Notes: generated from the sequence alone by a model not told the origin. A DNA stretch of 64,000 nucleotides from Octopus sinensis (GCF_006345805.1 NC_043003.1:23994001-24058000), one strand, 5' to 3'. Shown: positions 25,506 through 40,050, counted from the stretch's first letter. A program made the numbers and translations.

Positions 25506-27412
25506 CACACCTATTCCTACAATATATACAAATCAATAGAAATATGCCATGCAAGTATGTTTGTGTGATAAGGAATTTATCTTTGCAATCAGTAATCTTA
25601 AGTCAAAAATATACAAATATCTCCATGAAAGTGTAGTTAAATTTAACTAGACCCTTTAAGAAACTTTTATCACAGATAACAAATTAAATGAGGTATTAAA
25701 TTTCTCAATGGCTATATTGATATCGTGAGAAAATTCACAAAGCAGAAAATTTATATTTATGAAGCAGAAAATGTTGGTATACCAAGCAAAGACAAAACTA
25801 TTAATTAGTAGATAGTTTGTAGCTTCAGTGTTATTTTATTGTAGCTAAATTGATATCTACACTTTTGATATTTGGTATTGTTTTTTTTTTTCTTCGAACA
25901 AACGAATGTCAGACGGTAGAAAATTTCACAGCTAATGTGAGGTTAACGTGTCCCAAAGAGAAATAAAAGCAGAGGTTGCTGTGTGGTTATGACGTTTGCC
26001 TCGGGTTCAGTTCTTCTATAGCTCCATACCGACCAAAAGGTTCTGAGTGATTTTGTTAGGCGTGAACTGTGTGGAAACACGTTTTAGAAATGTGTGTGCG
26101 TGTATGTGTGTCTTTACAAGTCTCCCACTATTTTTTCAATGCATGTTCATTTGTTTATGACCCCGTAATGTGGCGGTTTACCAAAAATGAGACAGATAAT
26201 ATAAATACCCGAATTATAAAGCGTGTGTTCTGATTTGGTTTGATTACGTGCAACACTCAGCGTGAATTTCTAGCATGGTCGCAATCCAATGACTGGAACA
26301 AGTTCAAGAAAAGAATAATAAACATATATATTAGAGAATATAAAACCATCACCACGAGAGCTACAATATGTTTATCACACAAGCTATAGAGATAAATGTA
26401 CAAGAACAAGCAACATGCTTGTTCTTGTGTGATTTGCAAAATCTCTCATCGGGATATCTTTAATATGTGCATGACATTAGCTTGGACAATTATGGCTTTC
26501 GAAGGGCTAGTGTAAATATTTTCAGGCCAATGCAAATAATCATAACTGTGAAGAAAACCTGGATTGACTAGAAGACATGATTCTAACTCAAAGCGTTCAA
26601 TTACTTATTCGATTTCCCTTATTTTATCTCTATATTTATTTACTGTTGTGGATTCACTGGCTGAAGTTTTCCGTTTTATTTTCTTCCTTTTTCGTTGATG
26701 GTGATTTACTTAGATACACATTACAGATTTAGTCACATGTTATTTCTGTAAATGTAATAAGTTGTCTTGTCCTCATGTACCTCTAATTAAAAGGAGAAGA
26801 TGAACATTTTTTAACCACTGCTTTTAAAGGCATATAATAGAACTCCCTGTAAAACTTTTTCTTCAACTTCTAGCCCTAGTGAATTATCTTGCCTTCAGCA
26901 CATTATTCAATATCCATTTAGAGCTAGGATATTTGGTTATTGCAGATTAGATAACTTTGCTACGGACACGTGTTGATAAAACTATCGATTTCGGGTTTAG
27001 TAGTCGTCCGAAACATCTTTCGATTAGCGTACTCCTTGCCACTGTGTAAATTTTGTTCATTCCACGAAAAACATAACAAGCAAGTCAAGTTTCAATTTTA
27101 ATGTTTCTTGCAGTGATTATAATAATATCAATTTAAATGCTATTTTTCTATACAGTTGGCGTGTATGAGTTTTTAATTACCCAAATAATTCTAATTTTCT
27201 ACGTCATCCAGAGAGCAGTTGTAATCCGATAAAGCTAGTAACCAATAATTCCATTACTACCGGTTTTATCGACCGCGTATTCTGGTGTTCAAGCGGTTCC
27301 TTAGCTGATAAGACCATACTAATGCTGGTACATTTTTCTCATTATATCAACCCCAGATGCAAAATTAATAAAAATCACATAACATATTTCCCTTTTTACA
27401 TAAATTATTTCC

Positions 27413-27464
<52 letters not shown>

Positions 27465-27466
<2 letters not shown>

Positions 27467-27845
27467 ACTCTTTTACTTGTTTCAGTCATTTGAATGTGGA
27501 CATGCTGGAGCACCGCATTTAGTCGAGCAAATCGAGCCCAGGACTTATTCTTTGTAAGCCTAGTACTTATTCTATCGGTCTCTTTTGCCGAACCGCTAAG
27601 TTACGGGGACATAAACGCACCAGCATTGGTTGTCAAGCGATGTTGGGGGGACAAACACAGACACACAAACACACACATACACACATACATATATATGTAC
27701 ATATATACGACGGGTTTCTTTCAGTTTCCGCCTACCAAATCCACTCACAAGGCTTTGGTCGGCTGGAAGCTATAGTAGAAGACACTTGCCCAATGGGCAA
27801 CACAGTGGGACTGAACCTGGAGCTATGTGGTTGTTAAGTAAGCTG
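27465..27845 (-). mobile_element. SINE family A
   Basis: Reverse complement of the 21668 element; abuts (CT)n. Confidence 0.9.
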
Positions 27846-27849
27846 ATTG

Positions 27850-28170
27850 TTAAGCACTCTGTTGGTTACGACGGCGAAGGTTCCAGTTGATCCGATTAAA
27901 GGAATAGCTTGCTCGTGAAATTAACGTGCAAGTGGCTAAGCACTCCACAGACACGCTTACCCTTCACGTAGTTCTCAGGAAGCTTCTGCGTGACGGACAA
28001 AGTAACAAGGCCGGTCCTTTGAAATACAGGTACAACTCAGTTTTGCCAGCTGATTGAGCTGGAGCAACGTGAAATAAAAGGTCTTGCTGAAGGACACAAC
28101 GGGTCGCCGGGACTGAACCTGGAACCAAGTGGTTAGTAAGCAAACTACTTAGCACACCGCCACTCCTACG
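27850..28170 (-). mobile_element. SINE with family C tail
   Basis: Shares ggagtgcttagccacttgcacgttaatttcacgag tail with 51548-51908; head is family-A-like. Confidence 0.7.
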
Positions 28171-28769
28171 CCCAACTGAAATTTTTAAAAAAAGTTTCTG
28201 TGCGTTAAATGCATGAACACCATTTTCACTGTTACTTTCCATACATGTAACGATTAAGACTTGCTGCAAAAGCACCATACATATACGTGTACATGCATCG
28301 CAATGATTGGTGTTGTCCTTCCTCCACCCACAGTTCAATAAAATATGTTGCATTAATGAACTCAGGTTGATTCAATCAAATACACAAGAATTGGTTTTCT
28401 ACCCAGTCATGAGAAGAAAAAAAATTATTTTGGTGCCAACAAGTCTTTAGCTTTGCAAGTTCTTCATGTTGCTTATTTAATTTTTTTTGTCTTCTGTCTA
28501 TGTTTGTTTGTATTATTACTATTTTCTGACAATTCCGGTTATATCGATCGGGTATTCTGGTATTCAAGCAGTTCTTATACGAATATTATTTTTTTTTTTT
28601 CGTTTCTCATCTCTTTATTTTTTTTTGTTTTATGTTTGCTAGTTTGTTGGTTGGGTTTTTTTTTTCCATTTTCTCGCTGTTGCTCCTGGTTGCTACACTT
28701 TCACCTGCCTCCCTGCTATTATTAAACTTCTGTTATTTTATTTGCGATTGGTACTGGCGAATGGGTGAT

Positions 28770-29539
28770 AAAGATGATGATGGTGGTGTTGGTGGTGGTG
28801 ATGATTTCCAGGATGATGAAAATGAAGATGAAGATGACGATGATGATGATGGTGATGATGATGATGATCATCATCATCATAATGGTGGTGGTGGTGGTGA
28901 TTTGGTTGATGATGGTAGAATTAAATTTATAGTTTGGTAGTGAAGTTGTCATTGCACCGTTGATGATGATGATGATGATGATGATGATCTTGTTCATGTG
29001 GATGATGACGATGACGACAACGATAATAGTGGTACTGATGATGAGGGTTGGCCATGTTTCTCAACGTGGTATTAAGGCTGTGTTTTCGTGTTCGAGATAG
29101 AGGTAGGGATGATCGTGGTGGTGGTGGTGGTGGTGGTGGTGGTACTGGTAGTGGGGGTGATGACGATGATGATAATGCTGATGATAATGGTAGTGATGTT
29201 GGTGTTGAAGTTGGGTGGATGGATGGATAGATGGATGACTCGATGGATAGGTAAATGGATGGTTGTACGTCTGGAAGGGCCATGGTATTTCAGTTTATGT
29301 GTTTGTGTTATTGGTGGAGGTTTTGTGGGGTAATGGTGGTGTTGTAATGATATCGATACTAGTAATGATGCTGCTGTTGATGCTGGTTTTGGTGATAATG
29401 AAACCGAATAATGAAGGTGAATTACTGTTGGATGTAATGGTGGTGGAGTTGGAGAGCCAACGGTCGTGGCGGCTCGATGTTCGTAATTCAGCTGTTGTTG
29501 ATAATGTTGTTGCCATTGCAAGCGACGATGACGATGACA

Positions 29540-29573
<34 letters not shown>

Positions 29574-29750
29574 CGATGATGACGATGACGACGACGACGA
29601 CGGCGAGGACGACAATAACGAATCTGACGATGACGAAAACGACGACTACGACGGCGATGACGATCATGAGTATGGTGGTGGTGATGATGATGATGATGAT
29701 GACGACGACGACGATGTCAATGACGATGGTAATGGTGGAATGAAACTGAA
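28770..29750. repeat. About 1 kb mosaic of (GAT)n/(GAC)n/(GGT)n trinucleotide repeats
   Basis: Visible directly; source of the poly-D/H/S/M ORFs. Confidence 0.9.
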
Positions 29751-29929
29751 GCTAATTGGCGAGGATATGCTCATTAATCTGCACATAATCATTACATTAG
29801 CTGCAGTCATTAGGATACATCTGTTCAAAACGACCTCGAAATATTACTGGTAGCTATATTGTCAAAGTAGGACAAATAAGTGTTGAAGTAAACAAAGAAT
29901 TTAGAGGGGAAAACTTTTTCCCACTTTTT

Positions 29930-30310
29930 GGCTGTGGGGTAAGAAGCTTGCTTACCAACCACACGGTACCGGGTCCAGTCCCACTACATGCCACCTTGGG
30001 CAAGTGTCTTCTACTATAGCCTCGGATCGACCAAAGCCTTGTGAGTGGATTTGGTAGACGGAAACTGAAAGAAGCCCATCGTATATATGTATGTGCGTGT
30101 ATATGTTTGTGTGTCACTGTTTGTCCCCCAACATTGCTTGACAACTGATAGTGGGGTGTTTACGTCCCCGTAACTTAGCGGTTCGGTAAATGAGACCGAT
30201 AGAAAAAGTTCTAGGCTTCCAAAGAAAATGTACTGGGGTCGATTTGCTCGACTAAAAGCGGTGCTCCAGCATGGCCGCAGTCAAATGACTGAAACAAGTA
30301 AAAGAGAAAC
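29930..30310 (+). mobile_element. SINE family A
   Basis: Near full-length match to the 21668 copy. Confidence 0.9.
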
Positions 30311-30484
30311 TATCATATCTGGTTGTTTGAACTCAGAAAGTAGCGGCAGACGGAATACCACAAAGCATTTCGCTCTGCGTGTTAAAGATTCTGCCAGCTC
30401 ACTGCCTTAAAATAGTGTTAAGACATCAGGAGCTCACTGTGTTAATTCAAAATGTTCACACAGCTTAAATATTAAAACTCGTTA

Positions 30485-31055
30485 AGGCGGTGAGCTGGCA
30501 GAAACGTTAGCACACCGGGCGAAATGCTTAGCGGCATTTCGTCTGCCGTTACGTTCTGAGTTCAAATTCTGCCGCGGTCGACTTTGCCTTTCATACTTTT
30601 GGGGTCGATAAATTAAGTACCAGTTACGCACTGAGGTCGATGTAATCGACTTAATCCCTTTGTCTATCCTTCTTTGTTCCCTCTGTGTTTAGCCGCTTGA
30701 GGGCAATAAAGAAATAAGAATCGTTAGAATGCCGGGCGAAATACTTAGCGGTATTTCGTTTGCCGCTATATTCTGAGTTCAAATTCTGCCGAGGTCGACT
30801 TTGCCTTTCATCCTTTCGGGGTCGATTAAATATGTACCAGTTACGCACTGAGGTCGATATAATCGACTTAATCCGTTTGTCTGTCCTTGTTTGTTCTCTC
30901 TGTGTTTAGCCTTTACGTTATGAGTTCAAATTCCGCTGAGGTCAACTTTTATCCTTTCGGGGCCGATAAATTAAGTACCAGTTCCGTACTGAGGTCGGTC
31001 CAATCGACTGGCCTCCTCCCCAAAAAATTTTTGCCTTGTGCCTAGAGTAGAAAAG
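30485..31055 (+). mobile_element. Head-to-tail array of three SINE family B units
   Basis: Same unit and tail order as the 23455 array. Confidence 0.85.
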
Positions 31056-31691
31056 TATGTTAAAACTGAAGCACTATTTTTTTTACGTATTTCCTTCCCT
31101 TGAGCTATTTTTTTCATTTGTAATAGAAAAAAAAAGTCGTAAGATTATTTGACCAAAGGCGAAAAGAATTTTTCTCTCTTTACTTTCTTTACTAAGCATT
31201 TCTTTCCGTTTGTTGCTTTTTCAAAAGAGACAGGAAGGAAGAGAAACAGTGGGTGGATGGTTTGAATTTTGTTAATAGCTTCTAATTAAGTACAATTCAT
31301 GTACTGATTTGGTTAGAATAGTTATTTGAACTTTATAGTGGAGAGAAGTAACAAATTATAGTTTATTGTTCAGAACTGATGCATAAACATTTTCAAACAT
31401 TCACTTCGAACATAATTATTTGATGTTGAATTTTGGAATACTTCTCGTTATTCCTTTCGCTGGCTACTAGAGTAATCTGAAAAAAATCTTTTGTTGGATT
31501 TAGTTATAATTCTTAGAATTTATACTCAATTGTGTGCTTTCCAGTTTGGTCCCATTGTGTTGGCACCTTGAGTAAATATGTTTTAATACAGCTATGGGAC
31601 GAGCAATTATTCTGGAGTAGGATTTTGGTACACGGAATCAGCGGAAGCCCATTATGTATATATATCTGCAGAGATACACACATGCATATAT

Positions 31692-31905
31692 GAGACGGTG
31701 CTAAAAAGTTCTTTGCTTTAAAGTATCACGAAAAGCTTTATCGGAGGCCCAAACTTCCGTGATTTTCTACATGGTTTTAAAAAAAAATTGAAGGACCGCT
31801 GCAATAAGTGTTGTGAATCCGAGAAGGGAATATGTTGAGGAAAATCATAATTAACTGATCCTCCTGTATTTTGTTTTACACGAAGTCAGGAAGTTTTCAG
31901 CCCCG
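31692..31905. mobile_element. Mariner-derived short relic
   Basis: Ends tgagacggtgctaaaaagttc / ggaagttttcagcccc resemble degenerate mariner TIRs; interior has gaccgctgcaataagtgt (RW.KC-like). Confidence 0.4.
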
Positions 31906-33484
31906 CTTCGATATATGTGTGCATGCATTTGTGTGCGTGAGCGCGCGTGTCTCTGTGCGTGTGTATGTGTATGTATGTGTGTGTATTTGTGCGCGCGCTT
32001 ATAGATAACAAGTAATCCTGTAGAGGGTTATTAGAGTATTGGTAAATCTAATTGTAATGATGTGTGGAGTGAAATTGCTTGGTCCAGTGGTTATAGTGTT
32101 GCATTTACGATCTTGTTATCTTGATTTCCGTTCCCAGACTAGGTGGTGCGTTCTGCTTCATTTCACGTTGCTCCACCCCACTAAGCTATATGTGAATTCC
32201 AGTAATAGCTGGAATGTTAACCCTGCGATGGACCAGCGTCCCGTTCAGAGTTGTATGTTGAAATCTCACTCACTGATATGCCTCGAAAATTGAGATAAGC
32301 TTCCTTCTTATTAGAGCTTATAACAGAACTAAATCCAAGTGTGAGGAAAATTAGCGTTTCGATATATTACACTTTCGATCAAATGGTTTGATAATGATGA
32401 ATTTTACGACATCAGAAATGAAAAAAAAAACAGGGCATTAGTTCACTGTAACTAGAACAGAAACGTATTTGATTTAAATATCCAGCGATGATTTCGATTC
32501 AAATATCTTGGTATTCAAGCACTGGCGCAAATACCTATCCTCGAAGGGAAACTGGATGGATGGTGTATTGCTATAACACAAAATCACTGCGACCTTCTAA
32601 ATGTTGACGCCTGATCTAAGCATTGAACGAAAAGGGAGGGGTGTTTTATTGTTTGGCTTAAGTATTTCATAATTGTGTAGGTCAAATGAATTCCGAATAT
32701 TCACATGTCATTTTTTCTTTATAGCTATAAAGTGCCCAGGGTGCAGTTTCTAGATGGGTTCATAATTCAGACGAACAGTCATGGTCTGAATAACATTTAA
32801 ATACTATCTCAAGCAGCTCGAACGATCAAAAAGATGTTCCCAAGATGGTTCAGACAAGATAACGTGTAAGTTGTCGTTGCCATTGAATAAAGAAACTTTA
32901 CCACAATATAGCTGAAATTTCAATAGAAATATGAAGAAACGTGCATATTTTAATCAATATTTGGAATAAGTTCTAGTATCTAACTATGTGTAAAGAACCG
33001 CCTAAAAATTCTGCATTTTTAAACTCCAGTAAAAGTAAATTTTAATTGTTTCGACGCTCAAATTAATTATCAGTTCGGATGTATGCTTTTGTTATTTTGT
33101 TTTAATCATCTTAAAACAGTTGTTGGCCGGCAATTCTTGTCGGTTTGAAGTTCAGTATGATAATGAAACAAATTATTAACAGAAGAGGGAAATTAATATT
33201 TGAATATGTAATTAACTTTTGCATAAATACTAGTGATTTCAATTATCCATGTTGCACCAAAACATCACATAAATGGCATTAATTGACACAGAAAATAAAC
33301 TAATTACGTTATGCAATTCATCGGCCTTTCTCTGACCCTTTCCGTCGTTACATTTTGCTAGAAGCGCTTCCATTTTGTTCTGCTTTCAGCCGCTTACTTT
33401 TCCCTCTCCCACTCACTATTTTCTCTCTCACCCTCATATTCACTCGTTCTTTTCTCTCTCTATCTATCTATCTCTCTCTCTCCC

Positions 33485-33528
<44 letters not shown>

Positions 33529-33644
33529 TAACTCTCTCTCACTCTCACACACACAATTTACGATTTCGAAAAATACAAAATATCCACCAACTACACATCT
33601 GATTTCATAATGCATTTAAAGAAATACACACTAAAACATACATA

Positions 33645-33845
33645 TACTCTTTTACTCTTTTACTTGTTTCAGTCATTTGACTGCGGCCATTTGGAGCACC
33701 GCCTTTAGTCGAGCAAATTGATCCCAGGTCTTATTCATTGTAAGCCTAGTACTTATTCTGTCGATCTCTTTTGCCGAACCGCTAGATTACGGGGATATGA
33801 ACACACCAGCATCGGTTGTCAAGCGATTTTGGGGGGACAAACACA

Positions 33846-33888
<43 letters not shown>

Positions 33889-33895
33889 ACACACG

Positions 33896-33927
<32 letters not shown>

Positions 33928-33986
33928 AAAAAAATAAGGGTGGAAAAATTGGATATTAATTTCATAATAACATCAATTTAACACCA

Positions 33987-34028
<42 letters not shown>

Positions 34029-34190
34029 GACAGCTTCTTTCAGTTTCTGTCTACTAAATCCACTCACAAAGCTTTGGTCGGCCCAAGGCTATAGTAGAAG
34101 ACACTCGCCCAAAGTGCCACGCAGTGGGATTGAACCCGGAACCATGTGGTTGGTCAGCAAGTTACTTACCACACAGCCACTCCTGCGCCT
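33645..34190 (-). mobile_element. SINE family A with expanded internal microsatellite
   Basis: Tail at 33645-33845, core and head at 34025-34190. Confidence 0.85.
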
Positions 34191-34241
34191 ATATTTATAT
34201 ATACATGCGTTTATATGTATGTATATATATATATATATATA

Positions 34242-34290
<49 letters not shown>

Positions 34291-34954
34291 CAAAAAAGAA
34301 AGAAAATGGAGGTGATACAAAAATGACATACATCAGCCGTTAAACATTCTATTGTGTCTATTTATTCTAAAACATAAGGAAGTATTATAAGAATACATAC
34401 ACATGCAAAGACTGTTTGTTACATACATATGTACTAGTAATACATAAGAGAGTAGAAGATCAGTTCCTTTAGGGCCGTTTCTGCAAAGAGGCCACGATGA
34501 CCTCCATGCTATCTCCATCTTTTCAGTGTTGTATAGGGATGCGTAGATAAAGTTTGGATGTTGAGTGTGCCTCTAGGCTTCTTCGGAGGGTCGAAATGGT
34601 TGGGAAAGAATCAGTTACCAATAGGTACAGTATATATTTTTTTTTATTGAAGAGAGCATGAGAAGACTAGGAGCAAAACTTAGAGTTTGAGAGGAGTAAA
34701 ATTTAGTAAAAGGGATTCGGTATAGGAGAGTGGAAATAAGTCATAGACTTCCGGTGTTGTCTTCCAAGATTCCTGTTATTTGTCATATATATATGTATAT
34801 ATACGTGTGTGAGTTTGTGCGTGTGTGCGCGCGCGCGATGTGTGTCAACATGCCTATTTATCTCTCTATATATTTATCTCTCTCTATATATATATTTTTA
34901 TTCTTTTATGTTTCAGCCCTGAGTCTATGGCCATGATGGAGCACCGCTTGGCCA

Positions 34955-34997
<43 letters not shown>

Positions 34998-35580
34998 ACC
35001 GACCAGACTATCAGATGCTGGTATACATATATATATATATATAATATGTGTGTGTGCATGTATATGAAAATCCTAAATATACATAAGTGAAAAATAAAAT
35101 AATACTTCAATAATTAAATACTTTAAAATTGAATAAAATACACAAAGCTATTACAAGTCATTAAAGTGTAATCAAAATAAGAAATGTTTGAAATATAGAC
35201 AAACTCCTTAGATAAGCTAACCATATATATATAATATATATAATATGAAATATATATATATATATATATATATACATATGTATGTATATATATATATAAC
35301 TGGGGCTCTGTCTGCATAATGGATATGCTAAAAACTTGCTAAACGACCACACAGATTTGTTTATAGTGATCAAACGTTTATGTTCACATAAGTTTACTCT
35401 CTCCATCAAATTGATATTGCCACATATTAGGTGTACGACGTACCACATATCAGATGACGAAATAATCGCAGAGCAACGTGGTAAAAACATTATTTTGCTC
35501 AAGAACACATCGCATCGCCCGCTCTGGGAAAAGAAACCTCGATTTCGCAACCGTGAGTGTAATATCCTTACCACTAAGCC

Positions 35581-35618
<38 letters not shown>

Positions 35619-35637
35619 ACACACTCACACACACACA

Positions 35638-35689
<52 letters not shown>

Positions 35690-36135
35690 GTGACTGTGTA
35701 TATATGCGTTTGTGTGTGCGTATGTATCTGTGCGTGCAGGCGTGTGTGTGCATGTCAGTATGACTTTACCCCCAAAAATCAGCACGATTATAAACAGATC
35801 ATCTATTGGTTTCTTAAGAGACAAAGAATTTTTTCGGAATAGTATTGTTACAGCCATGCATTTCTGTCCCAAATGAGTTACGGAAATATAATTATCAATA
35901 ACTGAATGTAAGTTTCTCAGTCCGAACGATCTATCAGAAGGAAATCGAAATCAGCTAACAATAATAATTAGCGATGAATCGATACGTCAACAATATTTCA
36001 CATTACGTTCAATGACATATTTATTGCATCTAGAAAAAGTATATATTACACACATACTCACACACGCATATAAGGATATGCTTATATAATTACCATATGC
36101 GTAAATGGTTGTATATATAAATGAATACATACATT

Positions 36136-36175
<40 letters not shown>

Positions 36176-36184
36176 TATATATAT

Positions 36185-36552
36185 AATGAATAAAAGAATG
36201 GAGTCGAACGAAGATTTTAACACAATTCCTTTACTTTCAACATGTTTCGAAGACTGCATATTCTTAACTCTCGAAGGAATAAAGTGTGCATTATGCCGTC
36301 TTCTCATCAGGAGACAAGGAAAATCCATCAGCCTCAAGACGGGCAAAAACTTTTCTATGGCTTGCTACATAATGTTCACATAGAAAAGTTTTTGTCCGTC
36401 TTGAGGCTGATTGATTGTCCTGTCTTCCTGATGAGAACGGCATAATGCACACTTTATTCCTTCGGAATTAAGAATATGCAGTCTTCGAAACATGTGTTGA
36501 AAGTGAATGAATTGTGTTTAACATTTCGTTCGACTCCATTCTTTTATTCATT
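36185..36552. repeat. Long inverted repeat (about 175-nt arms, 19-nt loop) of an HHR-bearing module
   Basis: 36185-36359 is the reverse complement of 36379-36552 with a few substitutions and indels. Confidence 0.9.
36234..36315 (-). ncRNA. Penelope-type hammerhead ribozyme, family H4 (mirror copy at about 36423-36502, +)
   Basis: CTGATGA-GAAGACGGCATA...TATGCAGTCTTC-GAAA-CATG-TT-GAAAG. Stem II is 11 bp and stem III is the palindrome ACATGT; stem I is partly decayed. Confidence 0.65.
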
Positions 36553-36729
36553 TTAATAAAACACAAATTACCACACAAGAACACGGGGTTTCTACCCTTG
36601 GCATGTAGCTTCAACCGTGTTTTCTTACGTGAATTTGCTACCCAGGTATCGATTAACCGAATTATCAATACTAGGATAATTCATTCACATACTTAAATAT
36701 ATATATATGTATATAGTTCGTATTTATCA

Positions 36730-36950
36730 TTCTTTTCTACTCTAGGCACAACGCATGTAATTTTGGGAGAGAGGGACAGGTCGATTAGATCGACCCAAGT
36801 ACGCAACTCGTACTTAATTTATCGACCCAGAAAGGATGAAAGGATGAAAGACAAAGTCGACCTCGGCGGTATTTGAACTCAGAACGTAAAGACAGACGAA
36901 ATACTGCTAAGCACATCGCCCGGCATGCTGATGTTTCTACCAGCTCATCG
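36730..36950 (-). mobile_element. SINE family B monomer
   Basis: Reverse complement of the family B consensus with the terminal tail type. Confidence 0.8.
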
Positions 36951-37134
36951 TCTTAGCTCGTATTAATTATTACCGGCATAATGCCCCTCCCAAGGTTCAA
37001 TAGTATATATATATATGTGTGTGTGTGTTTGTGTGTTTGTGTGTGTGTGTATGCGTGTGTGTATGTATGTATGGATCTGTGTTTGTATTTATGTTTGTAT
37101 GAATGCATGTATGTATAGATATAACTCAGTGAAA

Positions 37135-37600
37135 GGGCAGATCCACTTGCAGTAAGCTTTACCATAGGCTCTGGATGACCGACGACGTACCGTTGAAGGT
37201 GAGAGCCGATGTATATAAGTTGACGGTTGACATCGTTCCTATATGGTGCTGATTTTTGGATCACGTGCCAAGAGCATATCAAGCAGCTTGACATTTTTCG
37301 TATGTGATGCTTGCGTACTGTCTCCAGTATCAAATTAAGCGAGCATGTTCGTAGCAGTGAGGTGCTAACAAAGTGAAACATATCATGTATTGAAGCCAGC
37401 CTCGTCGAAATAAGATCAATGGTCAAATCATCTCTCACGCATGAGTGATATCAGAATTCCGAAGCAATCCACTTAGACCAGTTCGCAACTGGAAGGTCAG
37501 TTGAAAGGCTATTCTTGCGCTTCAAAGACAAATTAAAAGACAATCTGAAGCGATTCAATATTCACTTTTCACTCTGGGGAAACATAACATCAGAATACAG
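37135..37600 (+). mobile_element. RTE-clade LINE 3' relic
   Basis: FLYGADFWITCQEHIKQLDIFRM*CLRTVSSIK..EVL..IEASL..LRFKDKLKDNLKRFNI. Confidence 0.75.
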
Positions 37601-38639
37601 GAGAATGGACAATCCTTCTTCTCCTCAGTTCAAAGACTTGAGCTAAGTCGACAACAACATTGGAACCAAATTAATGGAAGCATGAAAACATACTGGCAAA
37701 ATTCAGATCCTATAAATGAAAGCCTTGACGTCATTTTGGTTTTGTGGCATGGAGCAAAGCTGGCCTTGCCATCTATTTGAGAAAACACGTAGTAAATGAT
37801 AAACAAGCACTCGAACAATTGCAGTCCTCAAATTTTTCTCTTTGCCAAAAGCTTTCCAGGGCACCAACTTTCCAGGGCACCAACTGGCCTCAAGAGACTC
37901 CTACGTGTCCACAGAATATGATGGCCACTTTATTTTACTGAACCCTCATTTGTCGTTCACGACGGAAGTGTCTGTCATATAACTCAATAATTCAACGCTG
38001 GTGTGCAGTGCAGAAACAAATATTGTGATCTAATGTTAAAATCTGATATCTTCCGTTTTCGTGTTATATGATTCTTACACACACAAACACCACACACACA
38101 TATATATATATTATGCACAAAGAGAGAGAGAGAATATAAAATAAGCACATGCTGTATAACCAAAAGGCTATAATACTTTAAATTGCCGTATGGCATATAG
38201 AAAACTGTGTTGTTTTTAATTTGTTACCGCATATCGTATATGCAGGTAACATATTCATTATATTGGATAGCAATTAATTCCGGAAGTGCAAGGTGATATA
38301 CTTAAAAGTTTCACAAAATGAACTGTGATCCGTGGGCGAAAGCGGAAAAGCAACATTTTGAGTTGCAAAGTTTGCAGGAAGAAAGCTTAAAAGCTTCCAA
38401 TTTTGAATGGTGCAGAGCCAAACACACACTAATGAAGAATTTAATTCGAAAATAGATAACCAGTGAACTTCAATTAATGGCTGGAGTAACATGTTCACAT
38501 CTGCGTAACATTTTATACAAAGTATACAAAAATATTTTTTAATAGCAAGGGTTTTTTGGTTTAGATAGTTTCCTGTTAATTCCAGTCAAAATCACATTGC
38601 ATTGGAATAATCCAAACTACAAACGCTAAAATATTATTT

Positions 38640-39033
38640 TCTACTCTAAGCAAAAACGACGGAAATTTTGGGGAGGAGGCCAGTCGATTAGACCAACCCC
38701 AGTACGCAACTGGTACTTAATTTATCGACCCCGAAAGGATGAAAGGTAAAGTGGACAACGGCGGAATTTGAACTCAGTACGTAAAGACAGGCGAAATACC
38801 TATTTCTTTACTACCCACAAGGGGCTAAACACAGAGAGGTCAAACAAGGACAGACAAACGGATTAAGTCGATTATATCGAGCCCAGTGCGTAACTGCTAC
38901 TTAATTTATCGCCTCCGAAAGGATGAAAGCAAAGTCGACCTCGGCGGATTTTTGAACTCAGAACGTAACGGCAGACGAAATACCGCTAAGCATTTCGCCT
39001 GGGACGCTAACAAATCTGCCAGCTCACCGCCTT
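38640..39033 (-). mobile_element. SINE family B dimer
   Basis: Full unit with tail-1 joined to an A-box-less second unit with tail-2. Confidence 0.85.
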
Positions 39034-39561
39034 AGACAAGGATGTAATAACATATCAACAATAAACTTGCCTTCATTGGTATATTTTTCCATACTTGTTG
39101 TGATGCAGGTATAGAAGGAAGCATATATAGCTGTCATCTATGAAAATCTGGTGCTTTAGCCCATGGCAATCAATATATATTTGTCAGTGTCTGTGTGCTG
39201 TGTGGGTATACGTTTCTCAAATTGTATATTTGTATGGGAGTGAGTTAATGGTAAACAACTATTTTAAACATGTTTTTAAAATTGCTACTGCTATATCAAA
39301 TTTTCAGCAGTTATTACGGATATTTGCCTATATTATTATTTATGGTATAAATTTCGGTTAGAACAAAGATATTTGGAAGTGATGTTTCGAGGACTTTACA
39401 ATAATAATATTTTGAAAGTAAAGTGTTGTAAAAGCATGTAGTCAGCACGTTTTAGAATGATATGGAAAACAAAAAACACATGCAATATGTATACATCCAC
39501 ACACACACACACACACACATATGTATGTATATTATATATATATATATATTATATAATATAT

Positions 39562-39640
<79 letters not shown>

Positions 39641-39729
39641 CATACATATAAATGTTACGACCGGGATAATAAAATTGATAGTAGTGACGCTAGTAAAAAT
39701 ATTAACAATATATTCATATTGAATTCCTT

Positions 39730-40050
39730 CCTAGTTATGTCTAGATTTGCTTATTTAGATTTTCTACAGTCTGCAAAATTTGCTGAGTATCTAAGTAACG
39801 ATACTGCCCGAGTATTTACAGCCTCCGCTAAATTCAAAAATTTAGCTTTGATGTAGTCCTTCTCAGCTTTCTTCTTCATTTTTATTTTTGGTACTCTATC
39901 AGAATCTAATACTCCTATATACTTATACCTTTCTCCTTCTTTCAATGACTTTAACGTCTGGTCAACTGGCAGCAATGTTTTCCGCTAAGTTCGGCATACT
40001 GAAATTGCACAGTTTGATGGCGTATCTATTAAAAATTGCATTTTACCTAT
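39730..40050 (-). mobile_element. R4/Dong-clade RT C-terminal relic
   Basis: LKSLKEGERYKYIGVLDSD..KMKKKAEKDY..AVNTRAVSLLRYSA. Confidence 0.7.

Noticed and set aside
32725-32865. Plus-strand segment with good acceptor and GTAAGT donor
   Set aside because: Stops occur in all three frames. It could be a non-coding exon, but splice-like pairs are common by chance.
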